Source: Octopus sinensis
Lineage: Eukaryota
Direction of reading: 5' to 3'
DNA: 64,000 nucleotides
NCBI RefSeq assembly: GCF_006345805.1
Contig: NC_042997.1
Location: forward strand, 6,510,001 to 6,574,000
In this document: positions 52,843 through 64,000 of the stretch, piece after piece
Numbering within the stretch: the first letter of the stretch is position 1
Layout: each line of letters opens with the position of its first letter
The notes under the pieces: generated by a model
What the model was told of the DNA's origin: nothing
Database searches by the model: none
Seen by the model: the letters and a program-made list of their open reading frames with translations, nothing else
Made by a program: the position numbers and the translations under genes

Positions 52843-55379
52843 CACACACACACAGCCAGACTCATATACACACGTCTACACACCAACACCAACACCAACA
52901 CATACATACGTACATACATACCTACATATATATACATATATGTGTGTGAGGGATTTAACGCATACACATACATAGGATTCTAAGTTCTAAAGCGCACAAA
53001 CATTTCGTGTTTCGTGCTAGCATGAACGTGTCTTTAAGCGCACTTGCCTGATTGTACCTATTCCAAAAACACGAGCTCGAGGTTTGACAGTCTTGCCTCT
53101 TATTTTAATTGAAAACGGTTCTGTTTACGCCGGTCTGATATGCATTATGTATATTATGAAAACTGCTCGACGTCAATAATGGATAGAAATTCAGAACTAA
53201 TCTTCTCTTGTAAAATAAATCACTTTGATCATCCTCGCAAATTCTTTTCAGAGCAAATTAAATTCGTCTGTGACATCATATAACGCGATAATTTGACTTC
53301 TAGTAGATAGCTTCAACATCCTCAAGAAAATTCATCGAATTAATAGGTTATAGTGTAAGTTCCAAGTGAAATTCTTAACCCTGCTGACATGATAAAGTCT
53401 CTGGAAACCGTAATATTTTCCCATTGAAAAATAAGTAAAATTGGAACATTTACTACTTCTTTTAGAGATGTTCTAATCTATTAAAATAACAATGTAATGT
53501 TCTAACATGGGGAACACGGATATTAGTAAAAACTTCAGTCTTAACATTGTCTTTACAATAGTTTCTTTTATATCTATTTCCAACATCTTCAATGATACGA
53601 TCAACTTGGTTACATCCAATTGCAGGAACATGTGTGAAGTTTGTTTGATCAAGTTCTTCGGGAACTGTATTTTAAATCACCAACTTAAGAGACTACAATT
53701 CGAACTGCTGGTACAATTTACGAACGAAAGTTTATAATTGAGTAATGGGTTCTTCTTTTAGCCAAACCTCATCGATATTTGTTGTGAAAACATATCTTGC
53801 AAAAGAAAAATTAACAGTGTATAAGTTCTAGAGTAGTATATCTATATTGTATGTAATTACATGAATCTCTTCGTTGATATACATGCGTCAAAGCACAACC
53901 ATTTTGTTACTAATTATATATTACTGAGATTTAAAATAGTCATACGAACTAAAATTTATTCAGCAGTATTCAAACCTAAAACTCTCGCTGGTGAATTTGA
54001 CAATTACAGCATGATACTGTAACAGAAAAAATAACATTGCCGTTTTGCGTAAAGATTTCAGATCCTATTAAATTTCGGTTTAATTTTCATAATTTCAGGA
54101 ACGATGTATTCATGTTATTGCTTTAAGTGTTAACTGCCCACTTCAATTTCTGATTCGGTGCCTGTTTTAGAAATCAATATATCTTGTGGAATATGGGCAC
54201 GAAATCCAAGAATACACGAATATATTTTATGAGATTTACACATTTAGGTGTTTCATTATTTAACTATGATTTATGAAATTGCAATAAGAAACACCCAGGA
54301 TTTGAACATAATGGAAGATGTGATATGCTGAACAATGTTCCACTACAATATTGAATATAATTTTAATTCGTCCCTCCTTTTCGTATATAGAATCAAACAA
54401 AAATACATAATATTAGTTTTAGCGTATGCAATGACGCTAGTAATATCAGCCAATTGAATTGATTTTTAAAAATTATTTAACAAACGGAAACAAATATGTT
54501 TTGTTAAAGTTGCAGTTAGTTTATTGCTTGAATTACATTTTGTTATTTTTTTACTGATAAGTAACGAATTACATTTTGAATTGAATGGTCTTTGTACTAC
54601 AGTTTATAATATTTCTAAAACCATCGAAATTCAACTTCTTTAGAAGTGGTTACATTTACAAAAAAAATATCTATTTAACTAACAAAAGCTACTTTGATTT
54701 TCAGATGTTAAGATATTTCCATCCCGCAATTATATTCCTTCTCCTCTCTCATTCCTCTCACTCGCTTTCTATTCCTTCTCCATATCCTTAACTTTCTCTT
54801 CAAAATACTTGTTCGTTCTCATTCACTATTTCTACACAACTCCTTTGGCATTTTGCTGACTTTTTTGTCTCTTATTTTTGTGATGCTTTTATGAGTAAAT
54901 CAATAATCTTGAAGTTAGTATGTATGGAACAATGTAAAAGGAAATAGAAATGAACAAGTGTAGAAAAGAAATTCTTAGAAAATTCAATCGAAATAACTGA
55001 AAAGTACAGGCGGTGAAAATATGTTATAATGGAGGAGGTAAAAATGTTCTCTGTCTCAAGAGAGCAGATCTTGCGAAGGATTCCCGCCCATACGGCTCTA
55101 CGATTATAATGTCTCTACAATTATTGCATGCGAAAATTTGGTGACGGTAAAACATCGAATCAAAATAAAAGCAATGACGGATTGGAAGAGATGAAAAGAA
55201 GTCAGTCTTATTGTTGCATTAACTAGACATTCTTGCAAAACAGCCGTAGGGGTACTTTATGTACAGAACTTATAGTTCAATACATACATGCAATAATATA
55301 TACTGGTACTCATGTATCTATACATCATTATAGAATTCAGTGTTCACAAACACATATATATATACACACATTCGTATAT

Positions 55380-55429
<50 letters not shown>

Positions 55430-55599
55430 GGAGAGAGAGAGAAAGATAGTTAGATAGGGACAGAGAGAAAGAAAGAGAGAGGGGGATGAGGCGATAGAGA
55501 AATATATATATATACGCATACATAATACATCCAAATGCACACGCATAAATGTATACATATATGTATATAAATATGTCTATATATATATATATAACTATA

Positions 55600-55644
<45 letters not shown>

Positions 55645-55654
55645 TATATATATA

Positions 55655-55692
<38 letters not shown>

Positions 55693-55905
55693 AATATATC
55701 TATATATATATAGATATATAAATATATCTATATATATATATAGATATATAAATATTTCTATATATATATATATAGATATAAATATATATATATATATATA
55801 TAGATATATAAATATATCTATTTATATATATATAGATATAAAATATTTATATATATATATATATATATATATAAATATATATATATATATCTATATATAT
55901 ATATA
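55380..55905. repeat. Compound (AT)n/(AG)n/(CT)n/(ATAG)n microsatellite field
   Basis: Direct reading of the sequence. Confidence 0.9.
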
Positions 55906-56270
55906 TCTTATTATAAAAGGCAGATTTTATCTGCCTCCCTTTGGGAGTTATACAAATCTACAATATAGGATTTCTTCAATTACAATTTACCTTGCATCTT
56001 TAAGAGTACAATGCATCGCGTCATGACAGGTCAAGTTTTTAAAATTTAAACTCCAATTAAGCAAAATTTACAGAAAACTCACATTCTGGTGTGTGTGTCA
56101 AATGCTTTTCTTAGTCTGGTTTACAGCACACGCAAACGCACACACACAGTGGGCAACGAATAAAATGAAAGTAATTGACTTACTGTAGTGAGTGATTCTC
56201 TCACTCTGCCTCCCACTTCCTCTTTCAACACATAGACACGCAAATATATAAATAAAATTGTAAGCTAACG
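55906..56270 (+). mobile_element. Non-autonomous Helitron-like 5' portion (3' end not found)
   Basis: A|TCttattataaaagg 5' terminus followed by a perfect 8-bp hairpin aggcagat-ttt-atctgcct (55918-55936). No CTRR/hairpin 3' end is visible. Confidence 0.5.
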
Positions 56271-56408
56271 TGTGTGTGTGTGAGTGGGTGTGTGTGGGTG
56301 TGCGTGTGTGTGTGTGTGTGAGGGTGCGTGTGTGTGTGTGTGTGTGCGTGAGTGTGTGACAGGAAAGTTTTTTACGACGAATATAACACCTATATCCAAG
56401 TAGCAGAA

Positions 56409-56782
56409 AGATAAGACAGTAAGGTGTGATTTGCGGGAGATTTGGCTGTTATTTCTACCAGGTCTTGCTGCCATGTAGGGGTCTCCCTCATAGGCTCATA
56501 CATACATATATACATAGATAATACAGTAAGGTGTGATTTGGGGGAAATTTGGCTGCTATTTCTACCAGGTCTAGCTGCCATGTAGGGGTCTCCCTCATAG
56601 TCTCATACATACATATATACATAGATAAGACAGTAAGGTGTGATTTGGGGGAAATTTGGCTGCTATTTCTACCAGGTCTAGCTGCCATGTAGAGGTCCCT
56701 CTCATTGGCTCATATATATATACATACGTAAGACAGTAAGGTGTGATTTGAGGGAGATTTGGCTGCTGTTTCTACCAGGTCT
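56409..56782. repeat. 107-bp minisatellite, about 3.5 units
   Basis: Units agataagacagtaaggtgtgatttg... start at 56409, 56516, 56623 and about 56726. Confidence 0.95.
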
Positions 56783-56854
56783 GTTAGGCCTTCTCATGTA
56801 AACTCAAGCTTTCTCATGCCTTGAACATAAGACCAAAGCAGAGAATGTATTCTT

Positions 56855-57060
56855 TTATTCTTCTGCTTTTTCCAGCCATTGGCCTGTGGCCATGCTGGGG
56901 CAATGCCTTGAAGAATTGTAGTTTAATGAATCAACTCCAGTTTTATTTTTGTAAGCATTGTACATTCTATCTGTTTCCTTTCTCAAACCACTAGGTGACA
57001 GGGATGTAAACAAACCAACATTCGTTGTCAAGCAGTGGTGGAGGACAATCACAAGCACAG
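56855..57060 (-). mobile_element. SINE family A-like 3' half (diverged)
   Basis: ggccatgctggggcaatgcc and gttgtcaagcagtggtgg align with 22098-22315. Confidence 0.7.
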
Positions 57061-57145
57061 ACACGCACACACACACATACATGCATACACATATACACAC
57101 ATACATACAAACATACATATATATATATATGTGTGTATATATATA

Positions 57146-57404
57146 TTGCAGCCTGGAAGGTGTTTGTAAGCCATTTAAGAAACACACAAAAACCGTTACA
57201 TTCACTTCAACATTTAAATTTAATTTGCCAAAATATTTTCGTCGCTTTGAGACCGCGACCTGTTCACTGACAAAAATATCGTGCTAACAGGTCGCGGTCT
57301 CAAAGCGACGAAAATATTTTGACAAATTAAATTTAAATGTTGAAGTGAATCTAACGGTTTTTGTGTGTTTCTTAAATGGCTTATAAACACCTTCAACGCT
57401 GCAA
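57146..57404. mobile_element. Foldback (inverted) Penelope-like terminal repeat
   Basis: 119-bp arms (57146-57264 and 57286-57404) with 5 mismatches and a 21-nt spacer. The right arm continues as unique repeat-like sequence to about 57563 and the unit carries a hammerhead-like fold. Confidence 0.75.
57224..57274 (-). ncRNA. Minimal type I hammerhead ribozyme variant (G3-C8 core, extra nucleotide after A9, palindromic stem III)
   Basis: Minus strand: UUUGUCA-GUGAACA-G-GUCGC(GGUCUCAAA)GCGAC-GAA-AAUAUU-U-UGGCAAA. Stem I is 7 bp with one G-U pair, stem II is 5 bp, and AAUAUU is self-complementary. Confidence 0.7.
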
Positions 57405-57564
57405 CTGTTTTCGTTCCAGCACACGATCTCAGATCAAGTCACTTGCTATGCAAGTACATCTCTGTAACTATATATATATTTATATATATATATATGTATA
57501 TTGGTAAAAACAGTAAGATAACAAAAGAAAGAAAGAGACCTCAATATTATGTAAATAGAGGAAA

Positions 57565-57958
57565 TCTTTATATATAAAAGTGAGGTTGTGTGTCTGTCTC
57601 CTACGATTTAGATTCCTAACTACTCCCACATTTTGCGGTGCAGTTTAACCAAAACCGGGTATCTTATAGTCGTGATTCATATCGAGACCGTCTGGGTATT
57701 AGCGCGCGTCTACGATGAGTCTACGATTTAAAAAAAATTTACCATCAATTTTTCCCATTTTTAATCCATTTTTGACATATATAAGGAAAGTAACTCTCTA
57801 AAATTTATTATTAAATCTCAGAACGTAAAAAGCTACAGTAACACCCCTCCCCCTTTGTGGTTAGCCATATTGAGATGGCTATTATACTTTACATCTCTAA
57901 ACATGCTTATATAATTATTTCCCTTACAAACCCGAGCAACGCCGGGCGATACTGCTAG
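57565..57958 (+). mobile_element. Complete non-autonomous Helitron
   Basis: 5' TC at 57565, subterminal hairpin cccgagcaacgccggg (57931-57946), 3' CTAG (57955-57958), inserted between A and T with no TSD. Confidence 0.88.
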
Positions 57959-58247
<289 letters not shown>

Positions 58248-60602
58248 CTTAAAGTACAACGTCTTCATTCAGCTTTTTATCAGTTTTTATTCAAATGATT
58301 GATTTACGAGTGTTTAATCTAGAGCTGAATTATTAGAAGTAAATAAATATGAATACACATGTATGTATTGCGTGTGTATGTATATATGCATGTATATATA
58401 TAATATTGTTTCATTGTCAATATAACAATTTTAATGTTAAATGCATACATGAAAATTCTTTTAATAATGATTTCAGCGGATGCTTTTAGATAGTTGCTTT
58501 GTTTCAGAGACACATAAAAATGATATTTGAGAGAAAGTGGTTTAGTCGTATTATTTCAGTCATGGATATTATTGCTGTCCGTTATATCGATCTTACAGAG
58601 ATGAAATATGGAATATGTTGTAATATGTGCTTTCTTCTTATTGGATGAGAAGTCCCGTGAAATAAATATTAATGTTGTTTAGAATTAATTAAAATGCCAC
58701 ACTTCACTTTCACGAAAAATGCGCGTATTTATTATTTTTAAATATTACAACACATGCTACAGTTAGAACATATATACACAGACGTGTATACATACACACA
58801 CACACACAAAAACATATACATACATACATTGTGAACTTACTTCCATATGTATGTTAATTTTGTTCTAAACTCTTATGCATTGAGACATTAAATATGATCT
58901 AATATAGAACGGAATCTATTGATTTGAGTAATGAATAACTGTAGACAACATGCACAGCCAGGTTTCCAGATAATTGATAATTAATATACCGATTGATTTG
59001 AAAACAAACCTGTCAAAGTTTATACTGAGAAAACATATGCATATTGTTCATCGATCACATTCATGGCTGTTATATTAAAGATCTCATATGTTTCAGATTG
59101 TTGATTGTTATTTAGGATTGTTGATTTCTTAAGAAATTATGCTGCCTTTTAAACGGAAGTCTTTCATTATATTTCATTATTAACAAAAAAGATGTTCCTT
59201 CTAAATACAAAATAATTAAATGCATTAATATAATAAAATATGTAACAGAAATCGATTCTTTATATTGATTAACACACGATCATTCAGAAGTGACTGTCGT
59301 TTTTGTAGTATATGGAAAACGAATATGTCAGATTTTAGAAGTGTTATACCGATAACTATAATTAATATTTCCGGCATTATGGCTTCAGCGAATGACATAG
59401 ATTTTACAGCGCGGTAGAGAATATTTGCGATATTCGTTTAAAACATTTTATTATGTCCCCGCGAGCGCATTTTGGATTCTTAATATAAGTAGGTAACTGT
59501 CAATATTATCAAATAATTCTTTATCCACTATTTTATAATAATATAAATCTATTACGTCCGGAATGTATTAAGATATAGGGAACAATATAAATGATAAACT
59601 ACACAGTTATTGATTTATCAATATCGAATAGAGAAAAAAATCTCAAAATTTAAAAGCGAAGTTCGTCAATCGTTTACACTGCACCTACATTTGCTTGATT
59701 ACTCAATTATATCTGATTTTTGTAAAAATTTATTTCAAACATCGACACAACCTTTATTTCAAAAACTATATCTTATTCCGAAGAAATTTTGCCAAGCACT
59801 ATCAATTTTTACCGTGAACAACCAAGATTATTTAATAATGATTTATAATATTTACGCACGAGCATACGATATTTAAAAGAGGTTAAATTTAAATTTCATT
59901 CAATGTACATATTCAAATTATGAGGCCTGAATACGGCTAGTAGGGAGATAATGACTGAAATACTCTTATTGGACATACAACTAAACATTGAATTATTGCA
60001 CACCTAATATTTTCTAATATTCTTCTTCTTTAGAGCTGCATTGAGGAGTATGACACATAAGAATATCGACGCGGTTGTGTGGAACTGCAGCATATATAGA
60101 GGCCAATGCTGTATTTGGAAATGCTTCAAGTGCACAATATTTAATGCTTCATTCAAGAACCGTGTCATATGCAATTTTAATTCAATGATTATTGTCCTCC
60201 TATTTAGAGAATTTGGAATGAAAAATGAACAGTATGTATCAAATAACATCTTAATTTTCTAGAACAAAAAACGGGTGCCTCTACATTTATAAATCACTCT
60301 ATATATAAAAGATAATTTTTCTGCCTGCAGTACAATTTAAATTAGTGTACGTGATAAAAAATTACATTAATCTCGCACATAAGGATTAAACAAAATGGGG
60401 AATTAACATAAGTTGAAATGATAATCTTTGATAATCAGTAAATAATTTCTATTAGTTAGTATGTATTTTTATCTAAATTCAAGCAATTTTTTGTTTCGGC
60501 AATATATCCCAGTGATTAGAAATAAATACTTACCATCTTAGTATCGAATTTATATATTTCTCCTTATTCAGATATGAATATACATACCTATAAAAAAGAG
60601 TT

Positions 60603-60934
60603 TGGAGGCGCAATGGCCCAGTGGTTAGGGCAGCGGCCTCGCGGTCGGAGGATCTCGGTTTAGATTCCCAGACCGGGCGTTGTGTGAGTTTATTGAGCGA
60701 AACCATCTAACGCTCCACGAGGATTCAGTAGGGGTATGGTGGCGACCTCTGTTGTACTCTTTCGCCCAACTTTGTCTCAGTCTTTCTTCCTGTTTCTTGA
60801 GTAACGCTGCGAGGGTCTGGCGTCCCGTCTAGCTGGTGGGGGGACTACATACGCCATAGAGACCGGGAAACCGGGCCCATTAGCATGGCTAGGCTTGAAA
60901 AGGGGCGTATAAATAAATAAAAATAAATAAAATA
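60603..60934 (+). mobile_element. SINE with family-C head and body but a different 3' module
   Basis: Matches the reverse complement of 13530-13769 through ...ctttcttcctgtttc, then diverges into gagtaacgctgcgagggtctggcgtcccgtctagc...gagaccgggaaaccgggccc and an (AAAT)n tail. Confidence 0.8.
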
Positions 60935-61094
60935 TAAAACAGAGATTATAGAGTGCATTACGAAATTAAAACTAATTATTCAATTAGATGTCTACAGGTA
61001 AAAACTATTACAATGTACTCCTCTTAGCAAAAATATCGTCGTTATATCGTATGTGCTAAGAGTTTAATCATATCTAAATTGTCTGAATTAATAT

Positions 61095-61233
61095 AAGTTT
61101 CAAATTTTTGCACAAGTGCAGCAATCTCCGGAAAGGGTGTAAGTCGACTACATTGACACCCAATGCTAAACTGCTTATTTTATCGACCCGGAAAGTATAA
61201 AAAGTAAAGTAGACTTGGCGGAATTTGAACTAA
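61095..61233 (-). mobile_element. SINE family B fragment
   Basis: aagtcgactacattgacacc...ttatcgacccggaaag...ggcggaatttgaact aligns with 8760-8850. Confidence 0.65.
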
Positions 61234-62743
61234 GATCCAGTGTTCCTAATGATGTTTAATGTCTTACATGATATCAGTCATGAAATTAGGCACCAGTAAT
61301 TAATTAATATTTATGTGAAAATGAAGGGCATAAATTGTTATTGCGAGGTTCCATTGCAGATTTAAAATGATGTGAATTTTTTATCGACAGGTATTTTATT
61401 GTACCGAACTGGAAATAATGACATCCAGATTTGACCTTGGCAATGCTGGAAGGTTAAATGGCGGAAGAAATTAAATGAAGCACTCTGTCTGACAAAACAA
61501 ATTCTGTGAAAATTCCACTCTAATTTAACTAAATAATAGAAAGACTCGTGTGCGCTACTTACCGTATCAAATATTACTAATATTTTTTATTCATATTACT
61601 TAGATAAATGATGTCACACTCTTAGATTCACAGAACATAATTACCTATATAAGATATTACTTGTATAGATCTAAATATGTTATGAATTATCTGAAAACTA
61701 TTGATTAATATCTCCATAAATTTAGATCAATTCTATCTGTAGAAATACATACGGATGTTATTGATTCTTTTGCACTCAAGAAAAAGCATCACGTTTGAAG
61801 CTGTACAGGCTTGAAACAAAGAAATCGGTACTTAAGCACTTCACACCGACATTCATACATGGATTATCCCAAAATGAATGTATCACAACAATGTCAGAGT
61901 TACTATGTTTGTAATATGTTAGCGTCCAATATTTCGAAACACTAGTTTAAAACAAGTGGACACAGTGTCTTTCAGCACTTCTGATTAATGATATATCCTT
62001 AGAAACACGGTCGCACATGTTATTGGTTAATTAATGAATGTAATATATTTGTTAAATTTTCTTTAAGGCATCTCTTGTAGATCATATTTTTACATTTAAC
62101 AGTATAAATATAATGAACAAAACAAAGGCATCGGAGGGGGTGATGTATACGCTGCGCGCAGATAATCTTTTTCTGAAATCATAGTGTAGCTTACAATGCG
62201 TTGCTTACCCATGCTTTTTAATTGAACTGAATCAAGCTTCGTGTTTGACTAAAAGATGATTTGAAGCCTACGTATTTGACAGTTAAAAGCAGACTTCATC
62301 GATGTCTACTCCAAACGTATACGAGTAAAATTTGCATATGACTAAATAAATAATTATTCAAATAATAATCATGACAGGGGAAAAGAAAGTGAACAAAAGG
62401 AAATACATATAGAAAATATTTCACACAACTTGATAACTCTTTTCAACGTCTGTCAATGATGGCAAGCGAAGCAAACGTTTTGTAGTTCGCTGTAGGATAT
62501 AAATATGATTACTTGCTTATCGGAAAATTTGTAGGTTCGAGATTGTTATTAAAATTTAAGTTGTTTATATAATTGTTTTGTATCACCATTAAAAGTACGT
62601 ATACTCCGGTGAAATTAATAAAGCAACTCATAAATAAACAAAGCCCTCTAGTCAATCCCTATATACAGACACACACAGACAAATATAATCGCATGTCTAT
62701 GTATTTATGTATGTACCCACTCATAACGGAGGTCTCGAGGAGA

Positions 62744-62950
62744 AAGCTGGCCCTTTGAAATACAAGTACAACAGAAACAGGAAGAAAGAGTGAGGGAAAT
62801 TTGTGGTGAAAGAGTACAGCAGAGTTCAGCACCACACTCCGCCGGAACATTGTGGAGCTTTATGTGTTTTCGCTCAATAAACGCAATGCCCGGTCTGGGA
62901 ATCGAAACTGCGATCCAACGACCATGAATCCGCTGACCAAACCACTGGGC
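62744..62950 (-). mobile_element. SINE family C, partial
   Basis: gccctttgaaatacaagtacaacagaaacaggaag...ggtctgggaatcgaaac aligns with 13545-13755. Confidence 0.8.
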
Positions 62951-64000
62951 TTCCACTAGTTCGGTAACATAGTCTAATGAAGAAATGGGAAAATATTCAC
63001 AGTAGCTGCAGTATATCAGAGTTACATGATTGTCGCCAATAAACTTTTTTCCGCTTGATAATGTTTGTTATTTCACTAAACATCTGTGGTGCATTTCAAT
63101 ATATATTTTATATAACTTTGTGTAACATAGGCATTTTATAGTGTAAAAGAACTGACGAACTAATTTCCAAACAGTCACACAAATATCATCTGTTGTATAC
63201 GTGGTATCATTTATTATATGCTCACCTGATATATTTCTGGGCAAAAATGATCTCATTAGCTGCTATGTTAAATAATTCATTAATTTGTAGGGAAAATGCT
63301 AATAAACAGCTAAATTAAAACGTAGATATTTGTATTATTTATTGATTAATGCCGCAATTCAAAACTCTACTATTTGTGCGAAAATCAAAATGAAGAATTT
63401 CACACATACATCGTTTAATTTATAATTATTAATTATTGTTCCCGTTGCTGTCTATATAATCTATAATATTTTTATGAAACATAATAACAATGTTCCGTTG
63501 TAGAAAAAAAACCAATACCTGGACTTAAGATGAGAGAAAATAATGACTGTTGAAGTACAAATTAAAAAGAATGGTATGTAAAATTTATCTGTACATTGCA
63601 ATACATTAGTATGTCCACACTCGATCGCACACACACACGAACAGAAACATATTCTTATATGTATGTATATTTAAGTATACACATGCGTATCTCTGAATTA
63701 GTGTGCACACCTACATACATGTAACATATCCAGACGTACGTGCACGCGCACTCACTTATACGTAAATTACAGTATGACGAATACCCGCACTTTATTACGT
63801 CATATACGACTGGCAGATTTTAAGCATGTCTTAAGACAGTGCACGAATATACATACGTACATACACACAGACAAACAAGCTCACATACAATATGCATATA
63901 GTGATAAATATATAAATGCATATAGTTCTTTTAAATTGATGTTTAAGGGAAATAAAACAGTTTGCCTTTTCATTTTGCCGCCGTACATTTGATTTATTGG

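Noticed and set aside
56409-56782. CRISPR-like or retrozyme-like interpretation of the 107-bp array
   Set aside because: There are no unique spacers, no cas genes, the context is eukaryotic, and the unit has no hammerhead core on either strand.

Overview
AT-rich, microsatellite-dense eukaryotic genomic DNA. The SINE, LINE and Penelope repertoire and the (TA)n/(TG)n/(TAA)n load look like an octopus (coleoid cephalopod) genome; this is inferred from recognition and was not verified. No intact host gene can be supported, only a few weak isolated exon candidates, and most listed ORFs are microsatellite read-throughs or retroelement remnants. The window is a transposon graveyard. It holds a near-full-length CR1-type LINE with a multi-CCCH zinc-finger ORF1 (609-5308), other CR1, RTE, Dong/R4, HERO-type and Penelope-like (PLE) fragments, a Tc1 and a mariner, Helitrons, three tRNA-derived SINE families, a foldback MITE, a 640-bp tandem triplication and a 784-bp near-identical duplication. 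The most interesting signal is in RNA structure. PLE terminal-repeat remnants contain minimal type I hammerhead-ribozyme folds with non-canonical cores. The best one (57224-57274, minus) has a G3-C8 swap of the core pair, an extra nucleotide after A9 and a palindromic stem III, and it sits in a 119-bp foldback whose junction falls inside the catalytic core. All alignments were done by eye; no databases were searched.
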